Positions 1 to 7,284 of a stretch of DNA of 64,000 nucleotides are shown one piece after another. The notes under the pieces were generated by a model, which saw only the letters and a program-made list of their open reading frames with translations, was not told the origin of the DNA and searched no databases. The stretch spans positions 1-64,000 of IMG/VR virus record IMGVR_UViG_3300005758_000037; one strand, 5' to 3'. How positions within the stretch are numbered: the first letter of the stretch is position 1; each line of letters starts with the position of its first letter. Source of the DNA: a virus. Both the position numbers and the translations under genes were made by a program.

Positions 1-73
1 GAACCCGAGCTAGGTGCATGGGCTTGACTGTTAATCAATGGTTAGCTGAGTTCGAATCTCAGATGCGGAGCCA
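1..73 (+). tRNA. tRNA-Asn (anticodon GTT), 5' end cut by window edge
   Basis: Anticodon loop CTGTTAA on stem TTGA/TCAA. T-arm CTGAG-TTCGAAT-CTCAG. 3' acceptor ATGCGGA + G + encoded CCA (71-73). The matching 5' acceptor strand lies before position 1. Confidence 0.7.
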
Positions 74-80
74 TTTATAT

Positions 81-156
81 ATATCTGTAGCTCAATTGGC
101 AGAGCATCGGACTCCAAATCCGAGGGTTGAGGGTTCAAGTCCTTCCGGGTATGCCA
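81..156 (+). tRNA. tRNA-Trp (anticodon CCA)
   Basis: Acceptor ATATCTG/CGGGTAT (with G-U pairs). D-arm GTAGCTCAATTGGCAGAGC. Anticodon stem TCGGA/TCCGA with loop CTCCAAA. T-loop GGTTCAAGTCC. Encoded CCA at 154-156. Confidence 0.85.
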
Positions 157-161
157 AATAC

Positions 162-251
162 AGAAGATTGGTCGAGAGGTTTAAGGCAATGGTTTGCTAA
201 ACCATCGGTGACGAAAGTTGCCCACAGGTTCGAATCCTGTATCTTCTGCCA
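162..251 (+). tRNA. tRNA-Ser (anticodon GCT), class II
   Basis: Acceptor AGAAGAT/ATCTTCT. Anticodon stem ATGGT/ACCAT with loop TTGCTAA. Long variable arm. T-arm ACAGG-TTCGAAT-CCTGT. Discriminator G + encoded CCA. Confidence 0.85.
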
Positions 252-256
252 AACAT

Positions 257-334
257 CCGTTTTTAGGCTAGTCTGGTTAAGTCACCTGATTTGGGGTCAG
301 GATATCGTAGGTTCGAATCCTACAGAACGGACCA
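257..334 (+). tRNA. tRNA-Pro (anticodon TGG)
   Basis: Acceptor CCGTTTT/AGAACGG. Anticodon stem CCTGA/TCAGG with loop TTTGGGG. T-arm GTAGG-TTCGAAT-CCTAC. Encoded CCA at 332-334. Confidence 0.85.
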
Positions 335-344
335 TAAAATTTAT

Positions 345-421
345 TGCGGGGTACGTCAGTGGTCAGACTACCAGCCTCATAAGCTGGAGGACGTTGGTTC
401 GAATCCAACCCTACGCAACCA
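345..421 (+). tRNA. tRNA with CAT anticodon (Met or Ile2), irregular acceptor stem
   Basis: Anticodon stem CCAGC/GCTGG with loop CTCATAA. T-arm GTTGG-TTCGAAT-CCAAC. 3' ...CGCA-A-CCA. The acceptor strands (TGCGGGG vs CCTACGCA) do not pair cleanly, so the boundaries are approximate. Confidence 0.6.
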
Positions 422-452
422 CATTCGCTATTCGCAAATAGCAAACAACAAT

Positions 453-540
453 GGGTACTGAGTAGCATTGGTGACTGCAACGGACTGTAAATCCGTCACC
501 CTTCGGGGTATACTTGGTTCGACTCCAAGAGTGCCCACCA
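453..540 (+). tRNA. tRNA-Tyr (anticodon GTA), class II
   Basis: Acceptor GGGTACT/AGTGCCC. Anticodon stem ACGGA/TCCGT with loop CTGTAAA. Long variable arm (CACCCTTCGGGGTA..). T-arm CTTGG-TTCGACT-CCAAG. A + encoded CCA. Confidence 0.85.
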
Positions 541-633
541 GTTTTTTGTATTGAAGATCGTTAGCAAACTAACGGGCATCTCAGATAACCTGATGTGCGT
601 AGTTTAATTGAAAAACATCAATGCAATCTATTT

Positions 634-708
634 GGCTTCATCGTTCATCGGTTAGGATTCTACACTGTCACTGTAGAGAGATGGGTTCGATTCCCATTGA
701 AGCCGCCA
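634..708 (+). tRNA. tRNA-Asp (anticodon GTC)
   Basis: Acceptor GGCTTCA/TGAAGCC. Anticodon stem CTACA/TGTAG with loop CTGTCAC. T-arm ATGGG-TTCGATT-CCCAT. G + encoded CCA. Confidence 0.88.
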
Positions 709-894
709 TTAAGAATCCCTCTACCTTAGGGGCCGTTGTGACCTCGGTGTGAAAGTTTGCCAAAGCTTTCCGGTGTCAACAACAACTGCAATCTGTTGGC
801 AGTTTAAACAAAGGATACAGCGTGAGTTGCCGAGCCGTTAGGACGAAATGCTAACCCTGAATTCGGTAATCAGGACTAACAACTAGGAGATATT

Positions 895-1257
895 ATGGCT
901 TTTGTAAAAGGTAAATCTGGAAACCCTGCTGGTAGACCCCGCAGGGATAAACTGCTTGATAAACCAACAAATCGAGAATTAAAAGAACGTGAATTGATTA
1001 TGCTATTACGCAAGATCAAACCGCACGTTGCTGATGCTATTATTCAGGCAGCTAAGATCATGAAGAATGAAGAGGCTGCACACCAAAACCAATTAAAAGC
1101 TGCTGCTCTCCTATTGGATAGTTACAGAAAGCTTTCACTCGACCTTTACGGTGGTGAAGATGTTGCAGATGAAGAAGGTGAAGAAATTCAACAAAATAAT
1201 CCTGCGCCAATCTTTAGTTTAAAAGTAATTAATTCTGAAGAATCAAAGACTGAGTAA
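895..1257 (+). CDS. putative small terminase subunit
   Basis: 120-aa ORF with an AGGAG RBS, just upstream of HNH + large terminase. The N-terminal KGKSGNPAGRP box (GNPxGRP) is typical of small proteins encoded next to large terminases. Acidic C-terminus. Called from position and motif only. Confidence 0.5.
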   Translation: MAFVKGKSGNPAGRPRRDKLLDKPTNRELKERELIMLLRKIKPHVADAIIQAAKIMKNEEAAHQNQLKAAALLLDSYRKLSLDLYGGEDVADEEGEEIQQNNPAPIFSLKVINSEESKTE

Positions 1258-1401
1258 TTATGTGGATTATTATTCCAATTGTAATATTCATGATTTTGAT
1301 GAATGTTTAAGTTATTTGTGAACCGGCTAGGTTAGCTCCCGAAAAGTTCGACTATCCACCGAACCTGCCGATTTATTTTGTGGATTTGTTAGGATGACAA
1401 T

Positions 1402-1893
1402 ATGAAATTATGTAAGTGGTGTAACACTGAAAAACCTTTTTCAGATTTTTATAGAAGTAAGACAACAAAAGATGGTTGTCAATCACATTGTAAAGAATGT
1501 CATAGTAAATATAATAGTAAAAAATATTATGAAAATCATGAAGAAAATCGTGAAAGACTTTCTAATTATTACTATGAAAATCATGAAAAAGAAAAAGAAA
1601 ACCGTAGAAAACACTATACTAAAAATAAAGCAAAATACCTTGCTAATTTCTATAAAAGAGAAGAGAAAATTAAAAAGGCAACTCCTAGCTGGTTGACCAA
1701 AGAAATGCTTCTTACAATTGAAGAAATATACAGAGAACGACTAGAAATTTCTAATAAAACAGGAATTGAACACCATGTAGACCATATTGTACCGCTACAA
1801 GGTGAAAATGTTTGTGGTCTGCATGTACCTTGGAATCTTCAAATTATAACAGCAGAAGAAAATTTGAGGAAAAGTAATAAGTATGAACAATGA
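1402..1893 (+). CDS. HNH endonuclease (terminase-associated), family A
   Basis: C-terminal HNH core HHVDHIVPLQGENVCGLHVPWNLQIITAEENLRKSNK. N-terminal CKWC...CKEC zinc ribbon and a K/R/E/N/Y-rich linker. The stop overlaps the terL start. Confidence 0.9.
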   Translation: MKLCKWCNTEKPFSDFYRSKTTKDGCQSHCKECHSKYNSKKYYENHEENRERLSNYYYENHEKEKENRRKHYTKNKAKYLANFYKREEKIKKATPSWLTKEMLLTIEEIYRERLEISNKTGIEHHVDHIVPLQGENVCGLHVPWNLQIITAEENLRKSNKYEQ

Positions 1894-3349
1894 AATAGTA
1901 TTTGCTCCAGCGTCAAAGGCGCAAGAACAGTTTTTAAATAGTGATGCGGATATTACATTCTATGGTGGCGCTGCTGGAGCAGGTAAGTCACATTGCTTAC
2001 TCGGATCATTCTTAAAGTTCTGCCATCATCCTAGAACTCGTGGTGTTATTTTTCGTAAAACTACTAAACAATTATCAAATCCCGGCGGTTTATTTGACTC
2101 AGCAGTAAACTTGTATAAAAAAGTTGATCCAAAACTAAGAGTTAGAGTTAGGGAATTAGAAATAATTTTTAGTTCTGGAGCTACATTAAAATTTGGTTAC
2201 TTGGATAACACATCAGATAAATATAATTACCAAGGTGCAGAACTAACATTTATTGGTTTTGATGAAGTTCAGCAACTTAGTGAAGATAATGTAATGTACA
2301 TGCTTTCACGATTGCGTTCAACATCGGTTGATTATAAAAAGCAAGTGGTGGCTACTGGTAACCCTGATTATGACAGTTTTATCAGACATTGGGTTGAATT
2401 CGCTCTTGATGAACGAGGGATTCCAATTCGAAAAGAAGTCTACCCGACAAGGTATATGGTTCAGATTGAAGGTGGTAGGATTCAATGGGCTGACACCAGA
2501 GAAGAACTTGAAGAAGTTTTTGGTAAAGGTGATAAATCAGGCATTCTATCATTTAAATTTATTCCCGGTACGATTTACGATAATCCACCTTTGATGAAAG
2601 CTGATCCAACATATGTTTCAAAACTCAAGGCATTACCTAGAGTTGAAATGGAGCGATTGTTACTTGGTTCATGGTATGCTAGACAGGAATCGGCTGGTTT
2701 ATTTAAACGAGAATGGTGTAATCTTGTAGACCACCCGAATCCTAGAGCAACAAAACGAATTCGTGCATGGGATTTTGCTTTCACTAAACCCTCTGAACAA
2801 TATCCAAATCCAGATTGGACTCGGGGAATCTTGGTATCAAAAGATAAAAATAATATGTATACTATTGAAGATGTACAATCAATCCGAGATAGAGTGCATG
2901 AAGTTGAAAAGCTTGTATTTGATACAGCAATGAGAGATGGTCAGGAAGTAATAATCTCAATACCTATTGACCCTGCTGCTGCTGCTGGAGCATACGCAAG
3001 AGATTTACAAAGAAGATTAGCTGAGATGGGATTTAATGTTAGATTGACTAAACCTGTCAAATCTAAAATTACTCGTTTTGCACCGTTTTCCAGCGTAACA
3101 CAGGCTGGTTTTGTAAGTGTAGTAAAAGGTCACTGGAATGTACCGTTCTTTGACGAGTTAGAAGTCTTTGATGGTGATCCAAAGAAGAAAGATGACCAAG
3201 TTGACTGCTGTTCAGATGCAATGCTTTTACTCAATAAAGAAATGGTTATCCCTACATTCAGTCTACCAGATTTAACTGGTACTAACCCTTTTGATAGAAT
3301 GGCAAGCTCGTCAATCGACATGCCAGTGTATGCAAATATTGGAATTTAA
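1883..3349 (+). CDS. terL: terminase large subunit
   Basis: Walker A FYGGAAGAGKSH and Walker B LTFIGFDEVQQ, with a C-terminal nuclease-type acidic region. 488 aa, placed between HNH and portal. Confidence 0.93.
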   Translation: MNNEIVFAPASKAQEQFLNSDADITFYGGAAGAGKSHCLLGSFLKFCHHPRTRGVIFRKTTKQLSNPGGLFDSAVNLYKKVDPKLRVRVRELEIIFSSGATLKFGYLDNTSDKYNYQGAELTFIGFDEVQQLSEDNVMYMLSRLRSTSVDYKKQVVATGNPDYDSFIRHWVEFALDERGIPIRKEVYPTRYMVQIEGGRIQWADTREELEEVFGKGDKSGILSFKFIPGTIYDNPPLMKADPTYVSKLKALPRVEMERLLLGSWYARQESAGLFKREWCNLVDHPNPRATKRIRAWDFAFTKPSEQYPNPDWTRGILVSKDKNNMYTIEDVQSIRDRVHEVEKLVFDTAMRDGQEVIISIPIDPAAAAGAYARDLQRRLAEMGFNVRLTKPVKSKITRFAPFSSVTQAGFVSVVKGHWNVPFFDELEVFDGDPKKKDDQVDCCSDAMLLLNKEMVIPTFSLPDLTGTNPFDRMASSSIDMPVYANIGI

Positions 3350-3362
3350 GAAGGAGCCTTAG

Positions 3363-4844
3363 ATGGCATCAAAACGAAATATTACGCCTGTCACTAAGGC
3401 AATTGACGATACTCCTGAAAGATTTAAACTGAGTGAAGCTGGTTATCTCGGTCTTAATGTTTGGAATGGTATTACCCAAGACGAACTAAAGAAAGAATTA
3501 AACTTTCCACACAGTATCAAAACTTATAAACAGATGACATATCACAGCACAGTGAATGCATCGCTTACTTTGTTTGATAACTTAATTGGTAAAGTACAGT
3601 GGAACTTCAAGCCACCAAAAGACGCTACTGAGCAAGAAAAACGCCAAGCTGAAATCATTAATGAAATGATGCATGATATGCAAGATCAGACTTGGCAAGA
3701 GTTTATCAGTGAAGCACTTAGTTCCAATGTCTTCGGTTTCTCTGTTCATGAGAAAGTCTATCGTCGTAGAAGCAAATCAAACGGTTCAAAATATAATGAT
3801 AATATCATCGGTTGGAAACGTTTGCCTATTCGCAATCAAGAAACAATCGAAAAGTTTATCTTCTCTGAAGATGGCAACGATGTTATTGGTGTAAAGCAAA
3901 ACCTTTCTACAATTTCCGATCAGTACAATCGTTATACCAATCGTACTTTAAAAGAAGTTGTTCTACCTCGTAGTAAGATTATGCTGTTCCGTGCTGGAAA
4001 ACACAAGGGTGATCCTTTTGGTAAGTCCATGCTACGTGATGCATATTTGGCTTGGCGATTCCTTACTGTCATTGAAGAGATTGAAGCTAATGGTGTAGCA
4101 AAAGATTTAGCTGGTCTACCAGTTTTAAAGCTACCACCTCAGTATCTCTCACAAGATGCTTCACCAGAACAAAAAGCTATTCGTGCTTATTACGAAAACG
4201 TAATGCGTAACTTGCAGATGAATCAGCAATCCGCTTTGATTCTACCACAGGCATACGATCCTGATACTCGTAATCCTCTTTTTGAACTTGAGTTACTATC
4301 TCTCAATGGTAGTAAAGCAATGGATACAACGAAGATCAAAGAGTACTACAAAAACATGATCGTTACTGCATTGTTTGCTGACGTTCTTATCATGGGACAA
4401 CAAGGTAGTGGTTCACTTGCCTTAGGTCAAATTAAGAACTCACTTTCCGCAAGTGCAGCAGAAGCAATGCTTGACAAAATTGTTAATGTAATCAATAACG
4501 ATCTAATTAAGCAGACATATGAACTCAACGGTTGGGATACCGCTAGAATGGGTTCAATGGATTACGATAACCTAGAAAACGATGATCTAGAATCATTCTC
4601 TAAAGCTGTACAACGATTTGCAAGTACTTCAGTTATTGAAGTTGACCGTGCAGTTCTTAACCGTGTTCGTGAAAGTATTGGTGTCGATCCATTACCATTG
4701 GATCAGGAACCAAATAAAGAGTACATGCCAAAAGCAACATCACGATCTGGTGACGGTATGGCTGTTGGAACTACTGGTAACGGTACAGCAACCAGTGCAA
4801 CCGGTGCAGACACATCTAGTAACAATTTAGAAAACGCAGGTTAA
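3363..4844 (+). CDS. portal protein
   Basis: 493-aa ORF immediately after terL with an AAGGAG RBS. Size and position are typical of a portal, and the C-terminal tail is acidic/Gly-rich. Confidence 0.75.
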   Translation: MASKRNITPVTKAIDDTPERFKLSEAGYLGLNVWNGITQDELKKELNFPHSIKTYKQMTYHSTVNASLTLFDNLIGKVQWNFKPPKDATEQEKRQAEIINEMMHDMQDQTWQEFISEALSSNVFGFSVHEKVYRRRSKSNGSKYNDNIIGWKRLPIRNQETIEKFIFSEDGNDVIGVKQNLSTISDQYNRYTNRTLKEVVLPRSKIMLFRAGKHKGDPFGKSMLRDAYLAWRFLTVIEEIEANGVAKDLAGLPVLKLPPQYLSQDASPEQKAIRAYYENVMRNLQMNQQSALILPQAYDPDTRNPLFELELLSLNGSKAMDTTKIKEYYKNMIVTALFADVLIMGQQGSGSLALGQIKNSLSASAAEAMLDKIVNVINNDLIKQTYELNGWDTARMGSMDYDNLENDDLESFSKAVQRFASTSVIEVDRAVLNRVRESIGVDPLPLDQEPNKEYMPKATSRSGDGMAVGTTGNGTATSATGADTSSNNLENAG

Positions 4845-4848
4845 TATT

Positions 4849-5073
4849 ATGCCATATTCTATGTCAGGTGATATCCCTCAGTGGGCATCCAAGAAATCAA
4901 AAGCTGTTCAACGAGTAGCGATTGATGTGTTTAATCAGACTTTGAAAGATACAGGTTCTGAAGAGAAAGCAAGGATTGCTTCTCTAGCTGCTATGAAAAA
5001 TGCTGAAGAAGCATACAAAAAGAAAGTAGCTAAATCTGTTGAAGAAATTCTGAAATCAAAATATACTAACTAA
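4849..5073 (+). CDS. small ChaB-like protein (tentative)
   Basis: 74 aa. MPY..IP.W....S..AQ-like start and helical ...VFNQTLKDTGSEEKARIASLAAMKNAEE resemble the ChaB fold signature. Tightly packed after the portal gene. Confidence 0.5.
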   Translation: MPYSMSGDIPQWASKKSKAVQRVAIDVFNQTLKDTGSEEKARIASLAAMKNAEEAYKKKVAKSVEEILKSKYTN

Positions 5074-5084
5074 AGGAAATACTC

Positions 5085-6563
5085 ATGTCTAACAAGAAAT
5101 TCAGCGATACAAGCATTCCTCTTAACCTTAAAAATAAATCCGAAGAGATTAAGAAGATGTTTGTCAAAGTCGCAAATGAATCATACGATAAAGGCATGAG
5201 TATTACTCAATCTATTGCGAAGGCAAATCAGGTTGTGTTAGATTTCGAAAAAGAACAATTAAAGAAATCAGCAAAACCTGTAACTTCAGTAGAAGATAGA
5301 TTGAAACAAACAATTAAGAAAAGGCTTGAGGAAAGTAATTCTTATAGTTTTATTGAAGATGATAATGATGAAATCGTAGAAGTAGAAAAAGCTACTTTAG
5401 ACGAACAGTTGTCTGATGATATTGTTAGTGCAGATTTCGATGAATACGGTAGATTGATAATTACCCTCGAAAGTGGTAAACGAATTATCTCTAAGAAACC
5501 TAGATATAAAGAACAACAAGTCGAACAGAATATTGTAGTTACTAACGATTATCGACCTTTTCTTGAAATGCAAGAACCAACTGGTTTTAAAACTAGAACT
5601 ACAAGCCAGTTGAATTTTAATGACGCAACTAGAACTTTTACGATTTCTGCTAAAGCACCTGCTACTGAATTCAACGTGTGGCTTCACGCAAGAGAATTTA
5701 CGAGAGAGTCTGAATCTGTACAAATTCCTGACATTTCTGGTATCCATTTCTTTTATTTTGATTATCCAGATAATGAACTAAAAACTACAATGATTCCAAC
5801 AAGTGATTTATTCTTAAATACTGCACTTGTAGCGTTGGTATATTGGAGAGCAGATCAACAGCGTTCTATTTATTTCGCAGATGAAAGACATGGTATCGTA
5901 ATGGATGGTGCAACACACCAGCATTTACATTTGTCAATTGGAGCGCAATATAGAACTGGTCTGGGTCTTTATAATTTCCAAGCAGATCAAAATGGTAGTT
6001 TAGACTCTCATGCTCAATTTGCTTGTGAAAATGGTATCATTGCTGACGAAGATTTGACAATAAATATTGTAGATGGTTTACCACAGGAACTGGCTCCAAT
6101 TGCGAACATTCCCGTGTTCTACAGAATTGGTTCAACCACTAGTCCTTGGTACAAGAAAAATGCTAATGGTTTTCCTTTGATTATGTCGGGACAAGTTACG
6201 CATTATGCTACAGGAAGTAGACCTTGTTATAATTACCTTGTTGGTAATGAATGGCAAGTTGCTGAAGTACCCAATAACCAGTTTTTATTAGTACATGTTT
6301 TAGCAACAAACGACACTAACCATCCAATTATTGCTATTTTGGGTAATACTTATAATACAAAAAGCGCAGCAAGGGATGCAATTCAGAATGAAATTGGTTC
6401 TCTAACAAATTTGCCTGTTTTGGAATTCGTAAAGTTGGGTTCCGTCATTTATGAATGCGCTGATTCATATGCGAATTCTGTAAAATCAAGAGTTACTACA
6501 ATTGATGGCACTTTACCGTATTACGACTTCAGACAGACATTCTTCACATTTGTTAGATTTTAA
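5085..6563 (+). CDS. hypothetical 492-aa protein (ChaB-like N-terminus, unrecognised C-terminal domain)
   Basis: Long uninterrupted ORF with an AAAGGAAA RBS. The N-terminal IPLNLKNKSEEIKKMFVKVANESYDKG repeats the pattern of the preceding small ORF. No motif recognised in the remainder. Confidence 0.75.
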   Translation: MSNKKFSDTSIPLNLKNKSEEIKKMFVKVANESYDKGMSITQSIAKANQVVLDFEKEQLKKSAKPVTSVEDRLKQTIKKRLEESNSYSFIEDDNDEIVEVEKATLDEQLSDDIVSADFDEYGRLIITLESGKRIISKKPRYKEQQVEQNIVVTNDYRPFLEMQEPTGFKTRTTSQLNFNDATRTFTISAKAPATEFNVWLHAREFTRESESVQIPDISGIHFFYFDYPDNELKTTMIPTSDLFLNTALVALVYWRADQQRSIYFADERHGIVMDGATHQHLHLSIGAQYRTGLGLYNFQADQNGSLDSHAQFACENGIIADEDLTINIVDGLPQELAPIANIPVFYRIGSTTSPWYKKNANGFPLIMSGQVTHYATGSRPCYNYLVGNEWQVAEVPNNQFLLVHVLATNDTNHPIIAILGNTYNTKSAARDAIQNEIGSLTNLPVLEFVKLGSVIYECADSYANSVKSRVTTIDGTLPYYDFRQTFFTFVRF

Positions 6564-6572
6564 TTATTACTC

Positions 6573-6601
6573 TTGAAAATATTATATTTCTATGATATAA
6601 T
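6573..6601 (+). promoter_or_regulatory. sigma70-type promoter with extended -10
   Basis: TTGAAA (6573-6578), 17-nt spacer, TGa-TATAAT (6593-6601). Confidence 0.6.
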
Positions 6602-6613
6602 GAAACTTAGCAG

Positions 6614-6645
6614 CCCTCCGGTCATCGGAGGGTCTTTATTTGTTT
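6614..6645 (+). terminator. intrinsic terminator hairpin 12 nt downstream of the promoter -10
   Basis: CCCTCCG-gtcat-CGGAGGG (6614-6632) followed by TCTTTATTTGTTT. Confidence 0.7.
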
Positions 6646-6677
6646 ATAATATCGTAATCCTAAAGTAAGGAACAAAA

Positions 6678-7034
6678 ATGCAACCAGCGAGTTTAGATTT
6701 AACGATTTATAAAGGATCAACTTTTGTAAAAAGCATTCAGTGGAAAACTGGTGATCCTGCTGTTGCAGTTGATCTAACGGGTTGTACTGCAAGAATGCAG
6801 GTTAGAAAGAGTCCTTGTGATTCGGCTATTTTAGAATCATTGACTACTGAAAATGGTAAAATTGTAATCACTGAACCACTTAATGGTAAACTTGAAATTA
6901 GAATCTCTGCACAAACTTCCAGTGCTTATACATTTATTTCCGGTGTTTATGATTTAGAACTTGTATTTCCAAATAGTACAGTAGTCAGAATTATTGAAGG
7001 TGGATTTACTGCTGTACCGGAGGTAACTAAATGA
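6678..7034 (+). CDS. hypothetical virion protein, first gene of fibre module
   Basis: 118-aa ORF with a TAAGGA RBS. Beta-rich sequence (LTIYKGSTF...DLTGCTARMQVRK). ATGA overlap with the next ORF. Confidence 0.65.
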   Translation: MQPASLDLTIYKGSTFVKSIQWKTGDPAVAVDLTGCTARMQVRKSPCDSAILESLTTENGKIVITEPLNGKLEIRISAQTSSAYTFISGVYDLELVFPNSTVVRIIEGGFTAVPEVTK

Positions 7035-7270
7035 CAACAAACGTTATTGTAGAAAAAACACAAGAAACTGTTGTTATTGATAATGATGTAGTTACCATCA
7101 TTACATCAGCAGAACAGGGTCCACCCGGAGTTACAAGAATCAGCCAAGCTGATGATGTAAACGTATCGAATTTAGAAAATGGTTCAGTTTTAGTATATTC
7201 TGGATCAAGTGAAAAGTGGGTAGCAACAAGGTTGCTTGAGAACCAGAGCGTTGAATCTGGGCATTATTAA
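7031..7270 (+). CDS. hypothetical small virion protein
   Basis: 79-aa ORF translationally coupled (ATGA) to the previous one, directly 5' of a fibre gene. Confidence 0.55.
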   Translation: MTTNVIVEKTQETVVIDNDVVTIITSAEQGPPGVTRISQADDVNVSNLENGSVLVYSGSSEKWVATRLLENQSVESGHY

Positions 7271-7284
7271 TTTAAGGAAAAATT

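Noticed and set aside
18-480. ORFs 18..200, 127..441 (+) and 277..480 (-) from the six-frame track
   Set aside because: They lie entirely over the tandem tRNA genes, have no RBS, and their translations are just read-through of tRNA sequence. They are spurious.
1258-1310. 16-codon hydrophobic mini-ORF (MWIIIPIVIFMILMNV) after the small-terminase-like gene
   Set aside because: It is too short and lacks an RBS. It is more likely a chance frame in AT-rich spacer.
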